From: Eledone cirrhosa
Taxonomy: Eukaryota
DNA: 64,000 nt
Reading direction: 5' to 3'
Assembly (NCBI GenBank): GCA_964016885.1
Contig: OZ024742.1
Location: 56,606,001-56,670,000, forward strand
A program made the translations under genes and the position numbers. The notes below the pieces were generated by a model. That model worked only from the letters and a program-made list of their open reading frames with translations. It made no database searches and was not told where the DNA came from. Each line of letters starts with the position of its first letter. Position 1 is the stretch's first letter. This document shows, one piece after another, positions 12,000-25,826 of the stretch.

Positions 12000-13137
12000 A
12001 AGAGAAAAGAATATAGAGAAAGAGAGAAGGGCGGAACTGTTACATATATACCTAGTTTAAACCCCAAAGCAGAATGTAGCTTTAGATGAATTCAAATGAA
12101 GGATGCAGTTTACTTTTTTGTATATATGTGGTCATCTTTCATTATCAAATATATGTATACAGATCTTACACAAAGAATATAGCTGACAATTCATTCTAGA
12201 CACGTTCTTTGGAATATCTATACTTTCATATCAGTATACAAAACTATAAGCGTGACTCGATTTGTTTTCGTTTTCTATATCTTTGACAGGGATGTATTAG
12301 AAAGACATTATATTCAGAGACAAGCTTCCAACAACGATTTTATTCTATCGGAAATCTTTTATCAAAATTATATTTCCAGTTCATTTGTAATTGGTAACTG
12401 ATTGAATAAACCGTGTTCTACATTAGTAGGACGGAATTTGCCAGATTCTGGAAGTCGTGAGTTTTCAATTGTACTAGCATGGTACGCAGATGTATATGCG
12501 CATATACCCACACACACGCACACACGCATGTATATATAGTGAGAGAGAGAGGAAGAATGAGAGAAAGTGAGAGCCTCATAAAACGCGATATGCGTACAAG
12601 AACACTTTCATACGCATATCATAAATTATAATATTGGCACAAATAGACTATAACACACATGAACTCACAAATACACACACACATACAGACACACAGACAT
12701 ACATATATATATATGCATGTAAGTGCACGTGTGCATTGTGTGTATACAAGCAAGCCCTTGTACTTTTAATGCACACCAGTGCTTTTAATACGCAAGTAAT
12801 TATACATACATACATGTATGTATATATATATATGTATATATATATATGTGTGTGTGCGTGTGTGTGTTTGAGATTGCATGTAAGTTTGAGCACGTCACTG
12901 AAGTTGTGGAAGATTTATATTATATCAAATGCATATAAATTAAACATATCAACGTAAGTAATCTTACATTGTGTGAAAGTGTATATATATATACACCTTA
13001 TAGTCACCCGTTTTACGTGTATTGTGTTGAAGCGAATAACTTTGTGTATACTCTGGGAATGTATCTTACATTGCCCACGGAGTGCGCTGAGATACAACCG
13101 GTACTGGAATTGATAAATATGGTGGGTCCGTCAACCC

Positions 13138-13226
<89 letters not shown>

Positions 13227-13267
13227 CGAAACATAAGTCAATTGCATGAACTCATAATCCTTTATTT

Positions 13268-13323
13268 ACTGCTATATATATTTCGATGATAGCCATTGAA
13301 TGGCTATGACCTCATCAGGCAGT
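13268..13323 (-). ncRNA. Minimal type I hammerhead ribozyme (family D, left arm)
   Basis: ACUGC-CUGAUGA-ggucAUAGCCAUucaAUGGCUAUcauc-GAAA-UAUAUA-UA/GCAGU. Confidence 0.85.
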
Positions 13324-13449
13324 TAGTCAGTTCTTAGATATGCCAGCCAGCTCTGTATTTTTGGTGTTGATGGTTTCAGAGCCTTGGGACATGGACTCTG
13401 AAACCATCAACACCAAAAACACAGAGCTGGCATATCTAAGAACTGACTA

Positions 13450-13505
13450 ACTGCCTGATGAGGTCATAGCCATTCAATGGCTATCATTGAAATATATATA
13501 GCAGT
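13450..13505 (+). ncRNA. Minimal type I hammerhead ribozyme (family D, right arm)
   Basis: actgc ctgatga ggtcatagccattcaatggctatcatt gaaa tatata ta gcagt; minimal stem III with palindromic loop. Confidence 0.85.
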
Positions 13506-13632
13506 AAATAAAGGATTATGAGTTCATGCAATTGATTTATGTTTCGTCACTATTATAACTCCGGAACTTATATCTTCGTTGAGTACTCCCTATCTGCATA
13601 CTGAAGTACTGGATTTTACCAACCCTTTCTTG

Positions 13633-13720
<88 letters not shown>

Positions 13721-13935
13721 TATATTTATACATATATATATGTGTGCGTGTCTGCGTGTGTCTATGGGTGGTGTGTGTGCGTGTATGGGTGTATGTGTGT
13801 GTTTGTGTGTGTGTGTCTGTGTGTGTCTGTGTGTCTGTGTGTGTGTGTTGTAAATACATTTATTTGGTGTGTATTTACCTTGAGAAAAATATAAAATATG
13901 TGTCCTATGTTTAAGTTAATGGAAGTCAATATCTA

Positions 13936-15187
13936 CAGTGTGGCTCAAAAACACAAGCCCCAATTTCATTTTTGCTTACATAATTCACTTCTTGACAAAA
14001 ACTAATGAAACCCCGACATATCGAAACTTTCCTATATTTTGTTGTTCCTGTCTAGAGTTACAGTAACTATTCCAAGTGACCCCCGTTTGAATTCATTCAT
14101 TCTTTGCGGCGGATGGTGAAGTTTAGCATAACGTCTTTGAGAGTAGACCTCGAAATAGCTCTGATCTCCTCTTGGATGTGGTGGTCTTGGATTTGTTGTC
14201 ATATAACTTATCCTATAGATTGCCCCAAAGAAAGAAATCTATGGGGCTTAAATCAGGGCTGTATGAGTCCCATTCAATATTAGTCTTCCAACAGCTCACA
14301 CGATATCCGAAGTTATTTTTCAGCCATTCCTGCGACTCATTGAAGGCGTCAGGGCTTGCTCCGCCTTGTTGGAACCAGTATTGACCCATTAGTGATGGAT
14401 ACATGGCATGTAGTGTTTGTAGAAGTGACACCATTTTCTTCGACGAAAAATGGGGCAATAAGCACTCTCTCCAAATTGGCTTCCCAGAAAGTATAGTTAG
14501 GCCGAGTGGAGAGGTTTCACAGCTACTTCAGTGGCTTCCTCTGATTCCCGGAACACATTCTTCTTAGAGTTGATCTACCCCTCTAAGTGGACTTCATTAG
14601 AGGTCCACAGCAGATTCAAAACATTTGAGTTGCATTCCACCTTCTGCAGCATTTCCCCAGCCATTGCCATTCTCTTGGTCTTTTCAGCTACAGTAAGCTT
14701 CTTTTAATCTGTATTCTGTAGGGATACTTCTCTGGATCCTTTTTGACAACCCTTCTACAAGTTTCTGTGGAGGTGGAGAGGCCCATGGATTTCTTCTTCT
14801 GTGCAGCGGCGATTGTTTTGGGGTTCTATTCAACAAACACTCGGACCATGTCAATAACGTCTTGTGTATGCTTTCAGGGTCATCCAGAGGAAATTATACG
14901 GTCATCAAACATTGTGTAACGGTTTTTCACTGTTACATATATTTCAAACTTCTTCGCCCAGTTTTATATATTGGATTTGAAGGGAGGTTTGTCCGTCCGA
15001 AAAAAATGGATGAAATTGCTCCGGGACATGTTTTGTACGAGCCATACTTATAATAGTTTGTCATACAGAAAGTCTGGTGCTGGAGGTCCCGTTGTCTGTC
15101 ATGTCCTGAAGTATATGGTGGATCGGTTCAAAAATGAATATACAGTGATACAAAACATGCACGGGGCCAATTTCTTTAGTCACTCTG
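13936..15187 (-). mobile_element. Decayed Tc1/mariner-superfamily DNA transposon, DD41D (rosa/Visitor-like)
   Basis: WFQQGGASP...WDSYSPDLSPIDFFLWGNL with 41 residues between 2nd and 3rd catalytic positions; LWTSNEVH remnant of the first-D motif; TA-cagtgtgg...gcccc and ggggcc...cactctg degenerate TIRs. Confidence 0.8.
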
Positions 15188-17289
15188 TTTGAAAAGCAGT
15201 GTCAATGTGGCTTGAAGAGTAAAAGTTACATAGTTGGAAATAATGAAGAAAACAAGAATATTTCTGTATAAATAGCTGAATATTGAAATGGGTGAAACCA
15301 GAAATAGAAGTGTGTATATATTAAAACGTAATACGAAATACAATTTTATTTTGAACGTAAAATGATATTTTTTTAGAGTAAGCGATTCTCATATTATGAG
15401 ATTAATATGGGATTTGTAAACTACGATAATTCTTATTTATTTAACCAGTTGCTTAAGAATGTATAATAAACATGTTGGATATAGGCTTGGCAGTCTTGGG
15501 TTTTCTAAGCAGTTGGAATTATGCCATAACTGTGAAATACCAAAAGAATATCGTAGGTATAAAGACGCGATAGTAAATGTATCAGAGAATGGCAAGCGAT
15601 ATTACTACTGTATATCCACACAGACATGGAGATTAAAGCTAGTCCGCCAGTTATCGGTATCAATGAGCAATAGAAATGGGAATGTCTTTTAATTGAAGAC
15701 ATTTTTATAGCACAAACCTAATAATATTTTTCTAAAACGAAATTGAGATGTCATCAACAAATAAACATAATCAAAATAGTGAAACTAAAAACAAAAACTA
15801 TCGCTATATTAGCAAGTGCATTGACGGAATCATTAAAACTACGAAGACAAATACATAAACAAAAGCCCGGATTTTACATATATTTAACATTTCCAAACAA
15901 AATGTATTAATATTCTTAATACAGAGTCGATGGATTGGCAAAGTCGTTAGAACATTTGATATGTGTTCCTGACCCAACGATGCACACTTTGTCTTTCTTC
16001 CTTTCGAAGTCGATAAAGAAAGTTACAGTCCAGTGATGATGCAGTGCTCTCTTCTTCAGCTGTCCTATTCTGGGTGTGATGCCGGATCAAAGGAGTGAGA
16101 GTTGAGAGGGTATTGTGGTTGTTCCTGAATGCATAGGCGCCTAAACGCCCTTCGCAAAAACATGAAAAATACTACCAACTCTTACTTGATTTCAAGTGAC
16201 GGCTAAAGGTAGTTATTCTTAATCAACTTGAAAAGGCAAAACCGTTTATGCTGCTCACTAACTTTTCAACTCATAACAAAGTTTGCTATGTAATATTGTT
16301 GGCTATGACGGTGAAAATTGTTCGAAATTGATTTTACTCGCAACATATCTTACAAGAAATTGGTTTAAAATCGATCAGCTAAAGTTTAACCATAAAGCTA
16401 TAGCTAAAACGGACATAATGGTGGTGAGCAGGTATAATGACATGTCTTTTATGGTCAATAATTTCAGAATAAAATAAAATAAAACATCTGTGGACTGGAT
16501 GCTTATATGCTGTCTGAATGGGCTAAAACAGTCAGTTGTCATCACCACTAGATACAGTAAAACAATTATACTCTGCTCCTACAATATATTTGAATATGTA
16601 TCTTGTATGGAGGAGCATTTCCTGAAGCAACAACCTTACATTATGTCAGGAAAAAATGCCTCAAATCATCTCAAATTCTATAGAGCAATAAAACCATCCA
16701 TTTTTAAGGGTTCTTAATTACGTTCAAAGCTTCTCGCATCATTTTATATATAAGAAACTTCTATTATGTTGGTAATATAACGAAGTCATCATCATCATTT
16801 AATATCCGATTTCCCATGCTGGTTTGGACGTGTTGTCAGAAGCCAAGTCAATACTTATTTGGAGCATCTAACGTCTCTGATGAGCTGGGGCCATGCATCT
16901 CACTTATATGCATTGCACCATTTTACAGAGAGTACTAGAAGTATTTTATGACCCAACTGAAGAGTCCTCGCGAACCTTTGTTTTGCATGTTTTCTACGCA
17001 AACAATTAAAATGTTTAGTAAATCATTCCAACTGTTTTATTAATTTATTAAAACACAATGTACTTCATTAGAAATATAATTATAAAGTGTTATCATATGT
17101 CGGTTGACCTTTCCAATGTGAAAGCAAGCTGTGGAGTTAGAATATGTGTTTTTATTGGTGAACACCAGACTTCAAACAACTATCCGCCAACGAAATATAC
17201 GTGGTGACACAATGGCGTACCAAGATTGTTCTATATACGCCTATCACTTAATTTTCAACAGCTACATCTAAACTTTCTCAATGAATCAA

Positions 17290-17530
17290 ATAAGCCATCA
17301 CCTGTCTTAGAAAATGGCAATGTGAACGTATCCTGGGATTTTACAGACAGACAAAAAAGCTGGCATTACATAATGAGTCTGACATCATTCTCTATAACGA
17401 ACATGCTGTTGGCCTACTAATTATCGACATAGTAAGAACAAATGGCTATGATGCTGCGTAAAAGCTGACTGACAAGCTAAGAAGTTACACTGACCTAGTT
17501 ATTACATTAAATTAATTATGGAAGCAAAGG
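17290..17530 (+). mobile_element. Old R4/Dong-type LINE restriction-like endonuclease fragment
   Basis: SPVLENGNVNVSWDF...DIILYNEHAVGLLIIDIV...DKLRSYTDL aligns by eye with PPILEKDHISILWNF...PDIILKD..LLIDM...EKLSKYKDL of ORF 47484-48323. Confidence 0.65.
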
Positions 17531-17737
17531 AATAGCATCTGTAGCCTTGAATGTTTCCATGTTTTTCGTTAATTATTTCAATGTGTTATTGTTTTGGTTT
17601 TGATTCTGTTTTATTTATTTATTTATTTATTTTTTTAGCCTTCAGCATTTACGTCAAACATAAACAACTTCGTTAACCTTGAACACTTCAATATTGCTTT
17701 CCATGTTACACATAATTCTGGTTTCAAGAACCGGAAA

Positions 17738-17886
17738 CTCTGGGTTAACCACAGTAACCAAGGTACTCAATACAAGTGTATACAACAAATTTAATAAAGA
17801 AATGGCTTCGACAGGAAAGCTTTCCTTGTGATTTCCTTTGAATGAAACAGATCTAGTTCCGTAGAAGTTATTTCTATATTAACTTA

Positions 17887-17890
<4 letters not shown>
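17738..17890 (-). mobile_element. Family A fold-back element, degenerate
   Basis: taaccacagtaa..gtactcaatac tail and gaatgaaacag.tctagt..cgtagaag arm; abuts (TA)n. Confidence 0.65.
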
Positions 17891-17953
<63 letters not shown>

Positions 17954-17982
17954 TTATACATATATATATATACATATATATA

Positions 17983-18145
17983 TAAGTTTATCCCGGGTTC
18001 AATCGGGGATAACCACAGTAAGTAACGTACTCAATACATAGCAGAGTATAAATATTTAATATAGAAATGGCTTCTACAGGACTAGAACTGTTTCATTCGG
18101 GAGAAATCATCAAGAAGATGATGGAAAGTCATGTAGAAGCCATTT
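17983..18145 (-). mobile_element. Family A fold-back element in (TA)n, hammerhead at 18071-18117 (-)
   Basis: Minus strand CUUC-UUGAUGA-UUUC-UCCC-GAAU-GAAA-CAG-uucuaguc-CUG-UA/GAAG. Confidence 0.8.
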
Positions 18146-19299
18146 ATATATATATATGCGAGAGACTTTCTACACAGTTAAATTATTCTTACTAAATCAT
18201 GTGGAATATAAATATATAAACCGTCATGGTAGAAACCTATCCGAATAACGAGGTAGAATTGTAGTAGAATATTTAAGCGAATGGTACAATATATATTATT
18301 GGAAATAAATATTTCTCGGAAATAGAGATTAATAAACTTAAAACTATATATGCAAATCTATGCAAGGATTGATGGGCTGACTGTGGGAGGCTTAGATATT
18401 GCGCCTCACGTGATAAGATTATAAGAAGCAGATAAATCAATAATAAGATCTCCCACTTGACTCATTATGTTTCATACTGTTTTAAATTTCATGTAAACAC
18501 TTGGGTAAATTTCTCAGAACAGTAGAAACAGTGGGAAGCTTCAAGACATAATGAGTCGCATTAACTGAAATATATTCGAACAAAATGAACATTTTTTGCA
18601 ACATCAAACAAATACCTAAACCCATTCTTCTGTCTATTATAAATGTTTAGCTCAGAACCAAGTTAATAAGATGCAAAGTTAAGTTAGCAAACCCTGAAAG
18701 ATACGTGAAATGGAAATAAATGTTGTATAAATAGAATACAAATATGCAGGTATTTGGCTCAATTACAAACACCAGTATACACTTTTGAATGAATGCACCC
18801 AAGACAAATATATATTACATGGATGTTAAAACTCAGAAGCAACAATACTGGAAAACGAATCAACGACAAAGTGTATAGACAGGTGTATTCCTAACGTAAT
18901 TCTACAACAGACTCAGTGCAACAAATTGTGTGTCAAATCTGGAGCTTTGAATTACAGCTCCGACTTACTTCTGTGCAGTTTCACTCTACCCACGTTTTTT
19001 ACAAGGCTTGGAAAAATTCGAGACAATGACAAACACAGGTGCCCAAAATGTCACACATAGGGATCGAACCTGGGACTTCCTAATAGCGAATATCTTAACC
19101 CCGCTAGGCCATGGTCCATTACACTAGAAACTAGAAAAACAACTTCATTTAAAATTATACAGATGGTAAATATCTAGTATATAAAGAGTAACTGATAATT
19201 CCATGTACATTATGTATCTAATCTGAATATGTGCAATGATGCAACAACACAGTCAAACAACTTCACAGGTAAATATTGAAGCACGAAATGTATGAGATA

Positions 19300-19520
19300 G
19301 ATAAATACTATCAACATAAGCCTGAGTAAGAAAAGATGGAGTGACAATACTGTAGCACATTAAACTGTATATTGACATGGAAATCATGGCCGACATACTT
19401 GAAATTGTCACGAAAGAAAATAATATCAATAATTGATGGCAGGTTTAGCGTTAAGAAACATATCAATCAAACGTAAAGAAAACACAATACAAAGATTTAG
19501 AGATTAAAGTGACAAGAATA
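19300..19520 (+). mobile_element. Very old R4/Dong-type LINE endonuclease fragment
   Basis: KTQYKDLEIKVTRI resembles KLSKYKDLEIEIGKM of ORF 47484-48323. Confidence 0.45.
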
Positions 19521-20079
19521 GAAACAGCATAGATCGTATGAGTCATGTAAAAATTAATGCGCTAACCAACGAGAAAGTTATGGAGCAGAACAACCATCAA
19601 ATGCAGGACTACAAATAATTATACTTCTGGGGAAGCAGCCCTATTTTCAGGAAGATTATATTCATACATGACAAAATATCAAAATATCCTTACTAGAATA
19701 CTTTCGAGCATTCCCAATGTTTTACTCTCCATGCATAAAATGTAGTAAAGTAAAATCTTATTGCCTTCTATATCATTATCATACCAATATTCCGTCATAC
19801 ACTGACCTATTTTATCCTATATCATAGTAGGAATGGTACACTGATGTGGAGTACTGAACTCTGTTTACACCAGAGTTCATTAATTGGTGTTGGCGACTGC
19901 GAAACTAATCACCAATTAATTCACATATATATATATGTGTGCATGTGTGTTTGTGTATGTGTTTAGGTGTGTGTATATGTGTAGTCAAATATACTTACAT
20001 ATAAGTGCTCTTGCCTTATAGAGCTTTCTCTCTCTTTCTCATTCCCCTTCTTTCCCTTTCACCTATAACCATATCATTA

Positions 20080-20262
20080 TGAATTGGCAGTATCGGCAGA
20101 AGGTGGACGCCATGCTTTGACGCATATAGTTACGGCCCTTGCTATTCTGAGTTCAAATCTCGCCGAGGTTAACTTTGCCTTTCATCCTTACGGGGTCGAT
20201 AAAATAAAGTACCAGTAATGTACTGGGTAATTGCTGGCCTTGTGCCAATAGTAGAAACAACT
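20080..20262 (+). mobile_element. SINE family 1
   Basis: ttggcagtatcgg A-box-like, gagttcaaatc B box, core and tail. Confidence 0.88.
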
Positions 20263-20520
20263 ATAAACACATACTAGATACAAGCGGCAGTAATGGGGAT
20301 TATAACAAAGAAATAAACGTTTTAATAAGCTTTAAATCCATTTGAAAGTATGCTAGTTAATTGTGAGCTGTTACAACGCAGGATTTACTGGTTGTTTATG
20401 TACCCAGTTGGTGCAACTATTTTACAATCAAATCTTTCAAGAAGATTGTAAAATAGTTGCACCAACTTGTAATTTAAAATAGTAAAATAGTTCCACGCAG
20501 CAATTATACCGATTATACAA

Positions 20521-20664
20521 TGGTTAAGGGTGAAAGCAGCGATTCTTTGCTTAAACTTTAATCTGTTATTTTAATAAATATTTGCTCTACGGTTCTTATA
20601 TATCTGATATATATTTATCCTTATCGAGCCCTCTTTGGATTTTAGTCTTCAAATTTATTATTAT

Positions 20665-20668
<4 letters not shown>
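20521..20668 (+). mobile_element. Family B PLE-type terminal fragment ending in (TA)n
   Basis: Reverse complement of 6734-6880. Confidence 0.75.
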
Positions 20669-20710
<42 letters not shown>

Positions 20711-22904
20711 GTTTGTGTGTTTGTGTGTGTATGGGTAACTGTGTTTGAGTGTCTGTGCTTACGTTTGTGTCTGTGTCTCTGTTTATTTATATCTCCTAAC
20801 ATAGAGGTTTAACAGAAGATGGTAAGTAGCAGACTTGCAAATATAAATATTTGTGTCGTACTATCATGGCCGAAGTCTGAAGCCAATCAAGGAATAGAGA
20901 ATATCACCTCTTCCAATTTGGATAATGGAACAATGGAAGTGTAAAATTGTCAAAGAATATATTTAGCCGTTTTGTTACCATATATGCTGTATGAATATAT
21001 TGACTTTGTATTTTAATTGTCAAAAAAATCAAAATTATTAGAGATTTAGTGAAATAATATAAAATTTTACAATTTAAGACAAATATTGAACTACTAGAAT
21101 CTTATAATATCTCTTACGTAATAACGAGATTTCAGTCAAATGTTTAAATATATATGTGAACGCTTTAATATAGGTGGTTAGGGGTGAATTGATGTTTAAC
21201 TTTTAACGACCTGTACCTCATGAAACCGTATTATCAAGATATTCTTGCATTACATTAAACATTAAATGGCTTACATTATACCACTGCTCATCTTCTCAGT
21301 TATCTGTCTACAAGTAAAGCTACTATAAACATTTGAATTAACAAACTTATATCAAACTTTCTTAATTTGAATGTTTCAAGCATCAACATTATACTATGGT
21401 AAATAGTCTAATAAGTTGGCCACATAAAGCCTGGAGACAGAAAACTTTGTACAGTGCCACTCATATTGCAGGTGTCTCCAAAGTTTATATGCCCTAGTTA
21501 TTAAATCACTTTCAATGGTTAAACAACGTTGATGCTTCGAACTTTCAAATTCAAAAACTTCCTATCGTTCAATCGTTCTAAAAATAGATTGTTTACTTCT
21601 GCTTATGTATTTTCTGCCAAATCATTGCAGAGTGTTAATAGATAAAGGATTAATCCAGGGTGTGTCAAACATTTGCATTGTTTCAGCATACATTGTGCGG
21701 CATCTATGATCAGAGGATTCAACTTTCTATGTCTGCAAGAATAGAATATGTACAAGTATAGGTAGACATTGTTCATTACTATTAAAAATGGATCCATTGT
21801 TAAATTTACTTCTCTATGAACATATAAAACGATTTCACTTTGTAAAGACATTTAGAATAAGTGATTGCAACATTAACTGCACCAACATAAATTCTTCAGT
21901 TTCTAATGGCTTATTTTTTTAAGAGACTTTCTCTATATTTTACCATTTAGATAGAAACTAAATATAATTCATGAAAGACAACAAATAGATGTAAAACATC
22001 ATCTCTTTTATACGTTTATCTGTAACAAGTTTTCGGTATATGGGTGCATGAGAGAGATAAAGAGAGAAGGCGTTAGAGAGATGGAGAGTGTGAGGGACGA
22101 CAGTGTGGCAGAGAGAAAGATGGGGGAGAACGGGTAAGACGTATAGAGATAAGAGGGAGATAGAGATAGCGACAGAAGGAAAGATAGAGAGAGAGAGAAA
22201 CACATGTACTTAATATTGAAGGGAAATATGTTGCCTTTGTTCTTTTGTTTCGTATTTTGCTTCATTTGTGTGTTTCTCCTTTTGGGGGCGGCGGAGTAGG
22301 TATTATTTTTTATTTTTTATCCTCATATACTTTGGAAGTAAGGAAATCAATGAAAAATCAGGAAAGATGCTGTTCTGAAGTAAATCAGAAAGAATATTTA
22401 GGTTTTCAATGCAATAATTCAAAAACTAACAAAAAAAAAAAAAATTGAAAAGCTCCACATAAATAAAATATACAAGATGTAAATACTTTATATTCAATGT
22501 TCTTAAGTCGATATATTACGTATTTTGTCAGAAACATTTTTAAATTTGAAATGTGACTATCTTTTCTTTATACATTATTTACAAAACACAAAAGAAAGAA
22601 ATTCGACACACAGAGATATTACATTAAGCTTGTGGCAGCTTTAATTCCCATTCATAAAATATATTTGATGTTATGTTCGCCTGTCTGGTTAAAAAGAAAT
22701 AAACAAACATCTGATTTCATTATAAATATATCAGTTAATACTGTAAGTTCAAATCTCATGAAACTATTAAAAAGTATGTTAACGTAGAAATAATTACGAT
22801 AACTGTAGATAATTCTTTGTATAAATAGGTGTTTGAATGTTATCTTAAATGATGAACGATATATTTCATATATATATATATGTGTGTGTGTGGATGTGTG
22901 TGTT

Positions 22905-22936
<32 letters not shown>

Positions 22937-22937
<1 letters not shown>

Positions 22938-23120
22938 GAGGTTTGTCTTACTCCAAGAGTAGAGGGGAACTTTTATCAGAATAAACTAATTTAGTACTCA
23001 CAAACAAATACACACACACATGCACACACACACACAAACATACACATAAGCACATCTATACTCACACACAAGTTAGTAGGTCTTTCTTCACAAGAATGAA
23101 TTATCATCAACTCTTTCGTT
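22937..23120 (-). mobile_element. Possible old PLE-type 3' end (tail motif plus degenerate hammerhead)
   Basis: Minus strand gagt-tgatga..ttca-ttcttg-tgaa-gaaa-gacctac-ta-actt, then tgagtact ~50 nt before (TA)n. Confidence 0.35.
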
Positions 23121-23713
23121 CGTTAAATTCAAAGAATTTGAAAGAGGTGAACTAACCCGAACGTGAGACAAGCGAGACAATAAGACAAACTTTTACGTGA
23201 TAATTCGATTTCTTAGACTTGGTATCCAATTCCTCTTATAACACATCCTTATAACCAAAAATTGAACTCATTTCAATGTTGCTGATTCGCCTCTTCTAAA
23301 ACTGTATATTGGTTCATAAGAGGAGCAGAGCAATGCTTATAGGGTGTTTAATAAACTACAATAAAAAAATAGGTACCAGTTACACTAAAACCGAATACTT
23401 GACATGAATGCTATAGCTCTCGTTAAATGCCCCCAAGTTTACAGAAGTTTAGCGAAGCCGAATGATGGATAAAATCAATTATCCAAACTTGGAACCTTAT
23501 CTCTGTCTAACAAATTTCAATAACATATTAGCAGACTTGGATGACTAAGTTGCCGTTTGTTGAAATCGAACATAAAAACACGTAATAACGTATTTTAACC
23601 ACACAACCATACCTGCACAACGTGCCTCAGAGCGTAACCGCTTTTCTCTCTCCTTCTTTCATTCTATTTCAATATATATACAAAACAAAAATATATATAT
23701 GCGTGTGTGTATG

Positions 23714-23783
<70 letters not shown>

Positions 23784-24479
23784 AATGCATTTGAATGGCA
23801 CATACAGACACCTGCAGTACCAGTCTCTTTGTCTCTCTCACACTCTCATACTCTCTCATAATATCTATTCCATTATATTCTCATTCCTACATATACAAAG
23901 CTACATATACATGAGAACATGTAATTACGTTACATTTACTGCTGTCTGTTTACGATGAAATAAATATAAACTATGATTTATTTCTGCTTGTTTAGTTTCA
24001 TCTACACATGTTATGTTAATTTTCAAAATATTAAAGATTCTCTTCTTTATCAATGATGCTTATAATATGTATTTATTTTGTCCGGTCCTTCAGCTTATAA
24101 ATAACTTGTTAGAGATGCTGGTGTGAAATAAATCTTAATGCATTTACATTACTGAAATAATCAGATTCACATCAAGTAGCTGTAAATCTTTCAATGAAGA
24201 GTATTCAAAGACTTTCGTGAAAATGATTTACGGATATCGACATTATTTTTACTATATTATACTATTCAACAGATATTTGTGGGTCGTGTATCGTGTGAGT
24301 ACAGTCGTAGCATACAACATATCTGAGGCATTTAAACTTGGTGGAGCCCGTCCCTCTTCAAGGCTAAAGAAAAACCGCCGTCCCGATCCAGAGAATGAGA
24401 GAGAGAGAGAGTTAGTTAGAGGAAAATCGACACAATTATTGGACGAGTACTTTATTTATTCACCTCGGAAGGATAAATG

Positions 24480-24782
24480 CATTGCGGTATTTGTTCAGGC
24501 TCTCTATCTCCCACTGAGATTAACTTTACTTTTCATTCTTACCGGTTCGATAAAATAAAATAGCAGTTAATTACTAGGGTCGATTTAATTGACTCCCCAC
24601 GCCGCCTTTCACTCCAATTACGACTTCATGCATTCTGCGTTCAAATCCTGTTGAGGTTCACTTTACCATTCCTCCTTTGTAACTCGATGAAATAAAATAC
24701 TAGTCAAATACTGGGGTTGATTTTAACCAACTTTCCCTTCGTTTAGATTGCTGGCCTTGTGCCTAAATTAGAAAACATTATT
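24480..24782 (+). mobile_element. Two diverged SINE family 1 bodies in tandem
   Basis: Two copies of the ttaacttt..ctttcat...cgataaaataaaata.cagt..actggggtcgattt core; tail ttgctggccttgtgcctaaattagaaa. Confidence 0.7.
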
Positions 24783-25826
24783 GTTATTAGAAAACATTAT
24801 TGTTATTAGTACATTATTGTTATTAGCACCGTTGCATGAACGAATGATGTTTGTTTTTTTAAATATTATTTTTATTCCGTTGTGCAACATTCCTTAACGT
24901 CCGACAGAGTTTTCTGTAAATATTTTTCGTGCTAGGCGTATAGGTGGAAATTATTAGTAGGGTGAGCTAACTTCCGCATTCTAACGACACCTTTCTATCA
25001 CATCTGTTATATATACAAACACGTATATCACATGTGCTATATATTCACACCTTTCTGCCACATCTGTTATGCATACACACACCTTTCTGTCACATCTCAT
25101 GTGTTACCCGTTTGGACGTACACACTTTTCTCGTGTATTTACTTGGTTTTTTTCTTTAGACAAGTAATATTATATATTTACTGTATTCAATGATAAACCA
25201 GAATTTGTATTGTTGATCTGAGGTGGTATTTATTAACATTTGTGAGAATTCTCTCAGCATAATCCCTTCCATAGAATCCGGTTATTGCAACAATTATAAC
25301 GAGGAAGAGCTATTTTAGCCATTCAAAATCACAAAAAAAATGTTTCAATTCACTACATTTATCATTCATTACCATCTATCAAATTTTATTATGCAAACGA
25401 GTAAAACAGGTTATTTACGTTTATTTTATTATATTAATATTTACGTAAATGTAAATTAACTGTATAGGATTTATTTGAGAAAGCCTTCATTCCTTTCTGT
25501 TTATTCGTTTGTTATTTTTTTTCGTATACTTTTTCTTGATACATGATTTTTTTTTAAATGGATTAATCAGGTGTGGCACTGTGCACTTAAACTTTGCAGG
25601 TTTATTCTGAGGTTCAACTTAAATATTAAGTTATATGTCAACAGTCTGCCGAAAAAGATGGTGAAAGAAGTTAAAAATACTAAATCTTTGAGGAGAAGGA
25701 AATGGTTACTGTAGGGTGTTGAATGTGTAGAAGTGAAGACATGGAGGTATTACGTGGAATTGGGTGAAGGCCGAATGCTGCTAGCTGACTCAAAGTAACA
25801 GTAAAACATTATATTTGTACTAGCAA

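Larger units (their letters stand above)
13221..13636 (+). mobile_element. PLE-type fold-back element, family D, in (TA)n
   Basis: ~160-bp inverted arms 13221-13381 / 13396-13552, 14-nt spacer, ~83-nt tail containing ttgagtactc. Confidence 0.85.

Noticed and set aside
12895-13140. Possible additional hammerhead and PLE tail
   Set aside because: Core reads ctgaagt and stem I cannot be formed convincingly
13221-13552. Long hairpins as miRNA precursors or MITEs
   Set aside because: Asymmetric tail, variable fold points, hammerhead cores and GIY-YIG-containing relatives fit PLE inverted pLTRs better
21600-21735. Possible minus-strand exon after ttcttgcag
   Set aside because: All frames stop within it and no homology recognised
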